DNA of 24,919 nt from Rhizophagus irregularis (lineage: Eukaryota). This document shows, piece by piece, positions 1 through 10,682 of this stretch. Position numbers and translations under genes: made by a program. Under the pieces are notes generated by a model. The model saw only the letters and a list, made by a program, of their open reading frames with translations, searched no databases and had not been told where the DNA came from. The stretch covers positions 5,890,001 to 5,914,919 of the forward strand of contig NC_089431.1 of assembly GCF_026210795.1 (NCBI RefSeq), in the 5' to 3' direction. Each line of letters begins with the position of its first letter. Position 1 is the first letter of the stretch.

Positions 1-24
1 AAAATTACGTCGTAAAACAAAAAT

Positions 25-3000
25 TTCTCAATCCAAATGACCCCTTCGATTAAAAAATTATCAAAAAAAAAATCTTTCCAAATGAACCCTTAGAAAATTT
101 CTCATCAAAAAAATATTTGAAATGACCCCTCTAGTTAAAAAACTTTTTTAAAAAATTTTTTCAAATGAACCCTTAGAAGATTTATTAAAAAAATCTCAAA
201 AAATCTTCCAAATGAATTCTTAGAATTTCTTTATTAAAAATAAAATGTCCTAAATGATCCCTTTAGTTAAAAAAATCCCAAAAAATAATTTTCCCAAATG
301 AACTCCTAGAAATTTTCTGTCAAAAAATGTCCCAAACGATCCCTTTGGTTAAAAAATTCTTAAAAATAATCTTCCCAAACGAACTCTTAGAAAATTCTCT
401 ATTAAAAATGTTTCAAACGATCCCTTGGTTAAAAAATTCTCAAAATAATCTCCCCAAATGAATCCTTAGAAAATTCTCTATCAAAAAATGCCCTAAATGA
501 TCCTTTTAATTAAAAAATTCTCAAAAAACTATTTCCCAAACGAACTCTTAGAAAATTCTCTATCAAAAATATTCCAAACGTTCCCTTTAGTTAAAAAATT
601 CTCAAAAATAATCTCTCCAAACGAATCATTAGAAAATTCTCTATCAAAAATGCCCTAAGCGATTCCCTTAATTAAAAAATACAAAAAATAATTTTTCTAA
701 ACGAACTCTTAGAAATTTCTCTATCAAATGATACCTTCAGTTAAAAAATTCTCAAAAAATAATTTTTCCAAACAAACTTTTAGAAAATTCTCTATCAAAA
801 AAATTCTCTATCAAAAAATGTTCCAACAGTCCCTTTGGTTAAAAAATTCTCAAAAATAATCTCTCCAAACGAATCATTAGAAAATTCTCTATCAAAAAAT
901 GCCCTAAACGATCCCCTTAATTAAAAAATTCAAAAAATAATTTCCCTAAACACACTCTTAGAAAATTCTCTATCAAAAAATGCCCTAAATGATTCTTTTA
1001 ATTAAAAAAATTCTCGAAAAACCATTTTCCAAACGAACTCTTAGAAAATTCTCTATCAAAAATGTTCCAAACGTTCCCTTTAGTTAAAAAATTCTCAAAA
1101 ACAATCTCTTCAAACGAATCATTAGAAAATTCTCTATCAAAAATGCCCTAAGTGATCCCCTTAATTAAAAAATACAAAAAATAATTTTCCCAAACGAACT
1201 CTTAGAAAATTCTCTATCAAACATGCCCTAAATGATCCTTTTAGTTAAAAAATTCTTGAAAAACCATTTCCCAAACAAATTCTTAGAAAATTCTGTATCA
1301 AAAATGTTCCAAGTGTTCCCTTTAGTTAAAAAATTCTCAAAAACAATCTCTCCAAACGAATCATTAGAAAATTCTCTATCAAAAATGCCCTAAGCGATCC
1401 CCTTAATTAAAAAATACAAAAAATAATTTCCCTAAACGAACTCTTAGAAAATTCTCAATCAAAAATGCTCTAAATGATCCTTTAAGTTAAAAAATTCTCA
1501 AAAAACCATTTCCCAAACAAACTCTTAGAAAATTCTCTATCAAAAAATGTTCCAAACGATCTCTTGGTTAAAAAATTCTCAAAAATAATCTCTCCAAATG
1601 AATCCTTAGAAAATTCTCTATCAAAAAATGCCCTAAACAATCCCCTTAATTAAAAAATACAAAAAATAATTTCCCTAAACGAACTCTTAGAAAATTCTCT
1701 ATCAAAAAATGCCCTAAACGATCTCCTTAATTAAAAAATTCAAAAAATAATTTCCCTAAACAAACTCTTAGAAAATTCTCAATCAAAAAATGCCCTAAAT
1801 AATCCTTTTAGTTAAAAAATTCTCGAAAAACCATTTTCTAAACGAATTCTTAGAAAATTCTCTATCAAAAATGTTCCAAACGTTCCCTTTAGTTAAAAAA
1901 TTCTCAAAAACAATCTCTTCAAATGAATCATTAGAAAATTCTCTATCAAAAATGCCCTAAGTGATCCCCTTAATTAAAAAATACAAAAAATAATTTCCCC
2001 AAATGAACTCTTAGAAAATTCTCAATCAAAAATGCCCTAAATGATCCTTTTAGTTAAAAAATTCTCAAAAAACCATTTCCCAAACAAATTCTTAGAAAAT
2101 TCTCTATCAAAAATGTTCTAAACGTTCCCTTTAGTTAAAAAATTCTCAAAAACAATCTCTTCAAACGAATCATTAGAAAATTCTCTATCAAAAATGCCCT
2201 AAGTGATCCCCTTAATTAAAAAATACAAAAAATAATTTCCCCAAACGAACTCTTAGAAAATTCTCTATCAAAAATGCCCTAAATGATCCTTTTAGTTAAA
2301 AAATTCTCGAAAAACCATTTCCCAAACAAATTCTTAGAAAATTCTCTATCAAAAATGTTCCAAGTGTTCCCTTTAGTTAAAAAAATTCTCAAAAACAATC
2401 TCTCCAAACGAATCATTAGAAAATTCTCTATCAAAAATGCCCTAAGCGATCCCCTTAATTAAAAAATACAAAAAATAATTTCCCTAAACGAACTCTTAGA
2501 AAATTCTCAATCAAAAATGCCCTAAATGATCCTTTTAGTTAAAAAATTCTCGAAAAACCATTTTCCAAACAAATTCTTAGAAAATTCTCTATCAAAAATG
2601 TTCCAAACGTTCCCTTTAGTTAAAAAATTCTCAAAAACAATCTCTCCAAACGAATCATTAGAAAATTCTTTATCAAAAATGCCCTAAGCGATCCCTTTAA
2701 TTAAAAAATACAAAAAATAATTTTCCTAAATGAACTTTTAGAAATTTCTCTATCAAATGATACCTTCAGTTAAAAAATTCTCAAAAAATAATTTTTCCAA
2801 CCAAACTCTTAGAAAATTCTCTATCAAAAAAATTCTCTATTAAAAAATGTTCCAATGGTCCCTTTGGTTAAAAAATTCTCAAAAATAATCTCCCTAAATG
2901 AACTCTTAGAAAATTCTCAATCAAAAAATGCCCTAAACGATCCCCTTAATTAAAAAATTCAAAAAATAATTTCCCTAAACGAACTCTTAAAAAATTCTCA

Positions 3001-3850
3001 ATCAAAAAATGCCCTATAAAACGATCCCCTTAATTAAAAAATTCAAAAAATAATTTCCCTGAACAAACTCTTAGAAAATTCTCAATCAAAAAATGCCCTA
3101 AATGATCCTTTTAGTTAAAAAATTCTTGAAAACCTATTTCCCAAACAAATTCTTAGAAAATTTTCTATCAAAAATGTTCCAAACGTTCCCTTTAATTAAA
3201 AAATTCTCAAAAACAATCTCTCCAAATGAATCATTAGAAAATTCTCTATCAAAAATGTCCTAAGCGATCCCCTTAATTAAAAAATACAAAAAATAATTTT
3301 CCTAAACGAACTCTTAGAAATTTCTCTATCAAATGATACCTTCAGTTAAAAAATTCTCAAAAAATAATTTTTCCAAACAAACTCTTAGAAAATTCTCTAT
3401 CAAAAAAATTCTCTATCAAAAAATGTTCTAACGGTCCCTTTGGTTAAAAAATTCTCAAAAATAATCTCTCTAAACGAACTCTTGGAAAATTCTCAATCAA
3501 AAAATGCCCTAAACGATCCTCTTAATTAAAAAATTCAAAAAATAATTTCCCTAAACGAACTCTTAGAAAATTCTCAATCAAAAAATGCCCAAATGATCCT
3601 TTTAGTTAAAAAATTCTCAAAAAACCATTTCCCAAACGAATTCTTAGAAAATTCTCTATCAAAAAATGTTCCAAACGGTTCCTTTAGTTAAAAAATTATC
3701 AAAAATAATCTCTCCAAACAAATCTTTAGAAAATTCTCTATCAAAAATGCTCTAAATGATCCTCTTAGTTAAAAAAATAATTTTTTCAAACGGACTCTTA
3801 AAAAATTTCTCAAAAAAATCTATCTAAAAGTTTCTTAAATAAAATCCCTA
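25..3850. repeat. AT-rich satellite: ~40-bp subunit, ~81-bp dimer, ~242-bp higher-order repeat
   Basis: Recurrent AGAAAATTCTCTATCAAAAATG...TTAAAAAATTCTC units. The marker GAATCATTAG recurs at 1116/1358 and 1925/2167/2410/2652 (242-243 bp spacing). Units degrade at both edges. Confidence 0.95.
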
Positions 3851-3959
3851 TTAAATATTATTCAAATGGACTTTTAAAATTTCTTAGAAAATTATTTATA
3901 AAAATTATCTAAAAAATGAATTTAAATAAAAAATTTTAGTTGAAACGGATTATATATAA

Positions 3960-4174
3960 TACAGTACGTTGTACAAAATAAAAATCTTACGTATTAAAAT
4001 TTACATATCGGGTACCTGATATGTGTAAGATAGATCAATGCCCGATATACAATATCAGTGACTAATAGCTTAGCTATCGGGTACCCGATATGTAAAAATA
4101 CCCGATATTTATCCGATTAGCTACCGATATATAGGTACCCGATATGTATCCGATAGAATTGATTTTGACCAGTG
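3960..4174. mobile_element. Right terminus of a CAC-ended (CMC/CACTA-like) DNA transposon, probably containing the satellite
   Basis: Ends TTTTGACCAGTG (rc CACTGGTCAAAA), like the CACAGGTCAAAA TIR of the MITE at 10473-10682. Subterminal GGGTACCCGATA repeats include the perfect palindrome TATCGGGTACCCGATA (4075-4090). It abuts and truncates the hAT coding sequence. Confidence 0.65.
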
Positions 4175-4176
4175 TA

Positions 4177-6609
4177 AGTCGCTGGTATTGTGACTATTGT
4201 GCGTAAGTATATATTTTCATGTTTTAATATTTATTTTCATGCTTTAATATTATAAATTTACAATCTAAAATTAATTGTATTGTTTGAATAATAGGAAGGA
4301 TTTTGGAGATAATACCTCAAATCTTTGGAGACATATTAAAAAAATCCATAGCGAAATTCTTGGTGAATCTGAAAAAACAAATAGTAATAATAATGAAAAA
4401 GTTAGTTTAATATTTTAATTTTCAATACAAATATTATGCAATAAGCAGTATTAATTAGAACATTTACTTGTTTATTTTTTTAAGCCTACACAGCATGGTT
4501 TTCGAAAAAAATTACTCCAATGGGTAGTACGAGATGACCAACCATTTATTACAATCGAATGTCAGGAATTTAAAAATATGGTAAAATATTTGTGGCCTAG
4601 TATTAATGTACCATCAGCAAATACATTAAGAAGAGATTTAAGTGCAAATTTTGAGCAAGTAAAAGATAAAGTTCGCCTGGAATTACAAGTTAGTATTTAG
4701 TAATCACATAAATAATAATTATATAATTATTAAATATTAATAATAATATAATTTAAAAATAGGAAACTCCTGGTTTGCTTTCTTTTACAGTAGATGCTTG
4801 GACAAGTAAAAACCAACTACCATTTCTTGGTATATCTGTTCATTGGATTAACAAAAAGTGGGAACTACAAAGTTTAACTTTAGATTTTTGCCTTTTATCG
4901 GGACAGCATTCTGGAGAAAACCTTGCTCAACAATTTTTGAAGGTTTTGGAAGATTTTAATATAGAAACAAAAGTATGTAATTATATTGGTTTAGAAATTT
5001 TAATTTTTTTTTTAATATTTTTTTTTTGATTTTAGCTTTTAGCTATAGGGTGCGACAATGCGTCAAATATGGATGTTATGCTAAATAAAATATCTAGTTC
5101 TTTACGTAGTAAAAATATTTCGTTTAATCCAAACAATCAACGTGTAAGATGTTTCGCACACATCATTAACTTAGCGGCAAAAAAAGCTGTTGAAAATCTT
5201 TATATATCTGATTTGAATGATGATGATAATTTAGATATTGGAAAAATTACTAATGAATTAATGAGTGTTATTTATAAAGTAATTTATTAATTATAAATAT
5301 ACTATATAACTTAAGTTTTAATGATACTAAAATTTATTCTTTTTATTATATTAATATTTAATATTAGCTTCGAAAATTAGTAGTAAGGATACGTGCATCT
5401 CCACAAAGAAGAGAACGTTTTCAACAGCAATGTGTTGCTATTGAACTTCCAGAGCTTGAATTACTGCCAGATATCAAGACACGTTGGAATTCTACAGAAA
5501 TTATGATTGAACGAGCTTTAAAACTTCGACAAGCACTTCATAATTTCACTTCGGCTGATAGAGATTTAAAACATGGAAGCTTATTGAAGAAATTCATTTA
5601 CTAATGCAGGTTTGTAAATTATAATTATTGTTTTTTAAAAAAAATAATTATTTATTAATATTTTATGAATTTTATTTTATATAGTATTTTAAAATATGTT
5701 CAGATTATATTACTGGTCAATTATATCCTACTCTTGCCTTTACCATCCCAGCATATAATTATCTATTAGATAAAATCGAAGATATTATTGATAATAATAA
5801 TATAAGAATTGAAATTAAGAATGCGGCAACTGCCGCAAAAAAAAAAATTGAAGAATATTATCCTACTACTGGTGGACATATATATATAATTGCTACAGGT
5901 TAGTTGAATTACAAAAAGTGTATTTTATAATTTTTATAAATTTATATTTATTATTTATTATTCATAATTATTAAATAGCAATGGATCCACGATTAAAATT
6001 ACAATATTATGATGACAATGATTGAAAGGCTAAATATATTTTAGAAGCTAAAAAAATTGTTACAGATATATGGAATAATTTTTATAAAAATAATATAGAT
6101 ATTAGCCAATCTTCAGATAATTTAGAAGATGATCTTCTTTCACATATTTTCAAAAAACGAAAAACTGAACGGGATGATGAATTAAAATCTTATTTTAGAG
6201 AACCAACTATATCTAAATCAACAGATGTACTTGCATGGTGGAAGGTAAATTTTATTGTAAAATTTAATTATAATAATATATATTATTAAATATAAACTTA
6301 TTTTTTATTAATTTTTTTAATAAGTACGAAGCTAATTATCCAAATCTTTCTAAAATGGCTTTAGATTATTTAGCTATTCCAGGTTAATATTTAAATAACA
6401 TTATTATAATAATATTTTTAATTATTTAATAATATATTTTTATTGTTTTTTAGCGACAAGCTGCTCCCGTAGAACGTATTTTTTCAAGTGGTACCGATTT
6501 AGTTACACAAAAAAGATGTAGTTTAAAAGGTGAAACTATTAGAGAATTAATGTGTTTAAAAAGTTGGTGGAAATTAGGCTTCAATGAACCTATAATTATC
6601 AAAGATTAA
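4177..6609 (+). pseudogene. hAT-superfamily transposase pseudogene (BED finger + DDE + C-terminal dimerisation domain), 10 exons, 5'-truncated
   Basis: GT-AG exons 4177-4202, 4295-4400, 4485-4688, 4763-4972, 5036-5278, 5368-5609, 5685-5898, 5979-6244, 6325-6382, 6454-6609. They give BED CDYC...TSNLWRHIKKIH, DAWTS (D1), DNASNM (D2), CFAHIINL, TRWNST, MDPR, WWK, YPNLSKMALDYLAIPATS-APVERIFS (E). Lesions: frameshift ~5572, TGA at 6023-6025, +1 frameshift ~6461. Confidence 0.93.
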
Positions 6610-7209
6610 TTTTTTAAATTATTTTTTTTAAAAAAATCAATTTATGTATAAAACTTATATAAATATATATATAATAAAAAGAAATTATTTATCAGAATTT
6701 TTATAATTATATAAAAATAAAAAATTAATTAATTTGTTTAATAACTTATAAAATATAAATATAATTTATATTTTATTAAGGGTTTAAATCTTATATACAA
6801 GTATATTGCAATATCCTATTCTTTATAATATTTTATATATAAAAGTCAAAAACACTATTTTAATTGGCTATTAAGTAAAATTGTAAAATAAGCAAAAATA
6901 TATATAATATATATCTTTTAAAAGTTCTATAATATGTATATAGAGAAAATTACCAAAAAAAAGGATGTGTTACTACATAATTGCATAAAATGTTTTTATT
7001 AAAATTAATTTTAAAGTATTCTTTTAAATTTAAAAAAGAAAATATTAAAATAATATTTTTTTATTTAATGATTATAAAAAAATAAAATTACTACTGTTAA
7101 ATTCATTTCAATAAGATATATTAATAGTAGTAATTTACCCTTTTATAATTACTTAATAGTAAAAAATTTAATTTGTAGTTTTTTCTAGAATTTTATAATT
7201 TTTGAGCAA

Positions 7210-7521
7210 AATTCATAATGCCGGCCAGAATTACAATATCACGTGATTTCGGAATTCGGGTAAATAGTTTAGCCACCAGAAAATTAATGTTACACAAGAA
7301 AAAAACACATTTCAATACACACAAAATCCGTGTAACATAAATTTCCTTATTAGGAAATTATATTTACGAAATTTGTGTAACATAAATTTCCTTATTAGGA
7401 AATTATATTTACGAAATTTGTGTAACATAAATTTCCTTATTAGGAAATTATATTTACGAAATTTGTGTAACATAAATTTCCTTATTAGGAAATTTAATAA
7501 TTCCGGCCGGCATTATAAATT
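7210..7521. mobile_element. Small fold-back/MITE-like element in the hAT 3' region
   Basis: AATTCATAATGCCGGCCAGAATTA (7210-7233) versus TAATTCCGGCCGGCATTATAAATT (7498-7521): a 24-bp inverted repeat with 2 mismatches. TSD not resolved. Confidence 0.7.
7330..7495. repeat. 45-bp tandem repeat (~3.7 copies), each with an internal hairpin
   Basis: GTGTAACATAAATTTCCTTATTAGGAAATTATATTTACGAAATTT starts at 7330, 7375, 7420 and 7465. It contains AATTTCCT-TATT-AGGAAATT. Confidence 0.95.
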
Positions 7522-7681
7522 AGACAAGCCGGATTATTAAGCCGGCTTGTTAAGCCAAGCCGGCTGGATTAATCAAGCCGGCTGGACTAATCTAATCAAG
7601 CCGGCTTGAAAAAATTTAATAAGCCAAGCCGGCTTGTAAATTTGGCTTGGATTAATCCAAGCTGGCTTATAGAGAGCTTTA
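7522..7681. mobile_element. hAT right terminus with AAGCCGGCT subterminal repeats
   Basis: Multiple AAGCCGGCT(T/G) motifs, ending GAGAGCTTTA. The same ...AGCTTTA end occurs on the 8-bp-TSD MITE at 12245 and at 10305. It lies downstream of the hAT transposase. Confidence 0.8.
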
Positions 7682-9297
7682 GCCCGAACCCAAGTTTCGA
7701 TTGTTCTTCTGATCTTGGATCTCAGGACATGGACCGGAACCATGATTGGATTAACGATCCAAGGCAACATTATAATGATACCGACCTCAGGGATATTGAT
7801 ACATTTATAAGTAGTGATTCCAGGATTAGTACCAAAGAAGAAAACTTAACTGTGGATTATCAGACACTAAACAATAATCAAAAGAAAGTTTTCAATCGAA
7901 TAGAGTCCCATTACCATGATGTGCTCGTATGGCATCAAGTCGAACCTTTAAGGATAATTGTAATGGGAACTGCAGGGACCGGAAAGACCTACCTAATCAA
8001 AGCAATCCGAGGTAGGCTTCAAGAAATGGCAGGAACAGGATCTAAATCGCCTATAGTCGTGCTTGTGCCAACAGGAGTTGCAGCATTTAACATCAACGGG
8101 AGAACGATATATTCGAAGTTATCAATACCAATAATTAATGACGCAAAACGTCTTGATATACAGGGCGAACGATTAAAGCAACTACAGAATAAATTAAAAG
8201 AGGTGAGATATGTAATAATCGATGAGAAAAGCATGGTTGGTCGCCGAATGTTTGCTTTAATTGACATGCGGCTTCGGCAAGCTTTTCCAGAGCATAATAA
8301 CGAACCATTTGGCGGCAGATCGGTTATTATGCTGGGAGACTTTGGCCAGCTCCCACCTGTACGTGATCTCCCGATGTATGCCAGTACTAAGCGAGATGAA
8401 TTATCCGATAGTGGTTTTGTGGCATATAAACAATTTAAAGAGGCATATAAGCTTAATGTTGTTCAACGCCAGTCGGGGAATTCAAAAGAACAATAGGACT
8501 TCAGAAACATTCTTTTGAGAATGCGCAATGGAGAATCTACTATAGATGATTGGAGAACTCTCGTAACACGATTTGAAGATAATTTGAGCATGGCAGAACG
8601 TAATAGATTCTCTGGCGCTATGTTCATCCTAACGAAATGGGCTGATGTTAACGCAGTAAACATAGACCAACTTAGATCTTCGAATGTTCCCGTTGCTAAA
8701 ATTCAAGCCATACATACCGGAGGCAACGAGGCAAAGAAAGCCGACTCTGACACAGCACATGGTCTTGAAGCACAGTTATTGCTGGCAAGAGGATCACGTG
8801 TCATGTTAACGGCAAACCTGTGGACAGAAACTGGACTGGTTAATGGGTCAATGGGAACCGTCAAAGACATATTGTTCAAAGAAGACCAAGGACCACCTTC
8901 TTTACATATAGCAGTACTAGTCTCTTTTGATAGTTATAAAGGTCCCACCATTACCAGCTTAGAGGGTGAAAGGGTTGTACCAATTGCACCAATTCGACGT
9001 ACGTAAAATGGTAAATCTGGAGTTTGTTCACGACTACAAATCCCTGTTCGTCTTGCTTGGGCAATTACTGTGCATAAAAGTCAGGGTCTCACGTTACAAA
9101 AGGCCATAATAGATCTCGGTGATAAAGAATTTATCGCTAGTCTTTCATTTGTAGCGATATCTCGAGTACGCACCCTTAAAGATATTCTCTTCAAGCCGTT
9201 CAACTTTGAGAGGCTTCAACATATTAAAGAATGCAAAAGGTTGCAAGAAAGACTAGACGAAGAAAAACGTCTAAATTCCATAATACCGGGAAATTGA
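7682..9297 (+). pseudogene. PIF1-family SF1B helicase (helicase half of a Helitron/Helentron-like RepHel), 5'-truncated, two in-frame stops
   Basis: ORFs 7606-8496, 8515-9006 and 9070-9297 share one frame. Motifs GTAGTGKT, VPTGVAA, IIDEKSM, GDFGQLPPV, QRQ, LVNGSMG, AITVHKSQGLT, FVAISRV. Stops are TAG 8494-8496 and TAA 9004-9006. No introns. Confidence 0.92.
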
Positions 9298-9639
9298 AAT
9301 AAAGTTTACAAAAATTACGTATACAATCACTTAAGCATAAAAAAAATAATAATGTTTTGTGTAAAAATGTTTCAATAATTATATTGCATTCAGCGTGTAT
9401 ACAAATTGCATTCTAAAGTATATACTTTTGTACAAAAATTTCTATTACAAAAAAAATTTTGTTCTATTTTCAAAGAAAAAAATTTCACACACACACAACG
9501 CTTAATCAGTATATGTATATCTTGTCATACGTGATGCATATGATTAATCAATGTATCACAATTTTATTTATTTTGTTTATCTTGTTTATCTCAAATTTTA
9601 AAAACGTGACGCGTGCGGACAACCGGAAATCGCCACATG

Positions 9640-9883
9640 TAAGGTTGCTTGCTGAAACCTAGGGGTTTAGGCAAGATGGCGTTTTGCCGAAAAGCGAAAT
9701 TCTGCCGAAACTATATTAAAGTTATATTAAAAAACTGGCGAAACTTTGGAGAAAGGCGAAACTGCCGAAACTTATTATAAATGCCGAAACTGCCGAAACT
9801 CTGCTGAAACTATAATAAATCTATAGTAAAATTTTGACGAAACTAATCGTAGGATTTTGAAGAGGTTTAGACAAGCAACCTTA
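9640..9883. mobile_element. hAT-type MITE, family A copy 1 (244 bp)
   Basis: 12-bp perfect TIR TAAGGTTGCTTG / CAAGCAACCTTA. 8-bp TSD GCCACATG (9632-9639) / GCCACGTG (9884-9891) with one mismatch. Internal GCCGAAACT repeats. Confidence 0.9.
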
Positions 9884-9888
9884 GCCAC

Positions 9889-9953
9889 GTGACACTAATT
9901 GTCACCGATCCTCGTAAAATTATATAGTCCTTCGCTACGCTCTGGACAAAAAA
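9889..9953 (-). mobile_element. Putative Helentron/Helitron2-type terminus of the PIF1-bearing element
   Basis: Minus strand reads TTTTTT-GTCC-AGAGCGTAGCGAA-GGAC-TATA (T-run then hairpin). A second hairpin GTGACA-CTAAT-TGTCAC is at 9889-9905. It lies ~650 bp past the helicase stop. Confidence 0.5.
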
Positions 9954-10305
9954 CGTTTCGCAATATTTTTTCAATGTTTTAATTAAAAAACGTTGCGAAA
10001 ACGTTTTTTTTAATAATATATTTAAAAAAAATGTTTCGCAACATTTTTTTCCAATGTTTTAATAAAAAATGTTGTAAAATATTTTTCTGAAGATAAAGCT
10101 CGAGCTTAGCTTGGCTCAAGCCAGGTTTTTAATGGCTTGACTCGGCTCACTTTAGCTCGAGCTGAAATTTTTTATGGTTCGGCTCATTCCGGTTCATGTC
10201 AGAATTTTTATGGCTCAGCTCATTCCGGCTCAAGCCAGAATTTTTTTTTCAAGCCAAGCCGAGCCAGACTGTAGCTTGGCTCAAGCCGGCTCGTGCAAAG
10301 CTTTA
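9954..10305. mobile_element. Right part of a hAT-type element (family B)
   Basis: GGCTC/GAGCC subterminal repeats. It ends GGCTCAAGCCGGCTCGTGCAAAGCTTTA, near-identical to the right end of the MITE at 12245 (…CTCGTGCGGAGCTTTA). No left TIR is visible. Confidence 0.75.
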
Positions 10306-10472
10306 GTAGTTACACATAACATTATCAGATTTCATCACAAATATTAAATACTACTAGGATTCACCTGTTAACTACATCATTAGCAGTAAATGGTTAAAAC
10401 CTAAACTTAAAATAAAGTAAAAATTTAATTATTTAAATTTTTTCTTGATGTTATTCTTGAACATGCAACATA

Positions 10473-10682
10473 CACACGTCAAATGACCAAAAACAGGCAA
10501 AAAAAATGGCTAGAATTGCATAAACTATTCGCAAATTTATATAAACTATTTACAAATAGTATAGGTTAATTCGCAAATAGCCAAAAACAGCCAAAAACAG
10601 CCAAAAATAACCAAAAATAGCTAAAAATAGCTACTGCTTTTCGCGCCATTTTTTTTGCCGATTTTTAGCATTTTGACCTGTG
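10473..10682. mobile_element. CMC/CACTA-like MITE (210 bp)
   Basis: Left CACACGTCAAATGACCAAAAACAGGCAAAAAAAATGGC versus right rc CACAGGTCAAAATGCTAAAAATCGGCAAAAAAAATGGC. 3-bp TSD ATA/ATA. Internal 10-bp AGCCAAAAAC/T tandem repeats. Confidence 0.8.

Noticed and set aside
25..3850. Satellite as a repeat-protein (LRR-like) coding region
   Set aside because: Variable A-tract lengths break frame, stops are frequent, and the track has no ORF here.
7330..7495. CRISPR-like array of palindromic repeats
   Set aside because: Units are contiguous and identical with no unique spacers, there are no cas genes, and the context is eukaryotic.
7606..7681. N-terminus MKKFNKPSRLVNLAWINPSW of the 296-aa ORF as a real start or fusion
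   Set aside because: It is read-through of hAT subterminal repeats from a TTG; helicase-element sequence starts after 7681.
7573..8663. Short ORFs 7573-7770, 8019-8267, 8261-8518, 8463-8663
   Set aside because: Antisense or off-frame shadows of the helicase and the hAT end.
6023..9006. RIP-like mutagenesis inferred from the nonsense codons (likely TGG->TGA, CAG->TAG, TGG->TAA)
   Set aside because: Only three sites, mixed dinucleotide contexts and guessed ancestral codons; ordinary C->T bias is sufficient.
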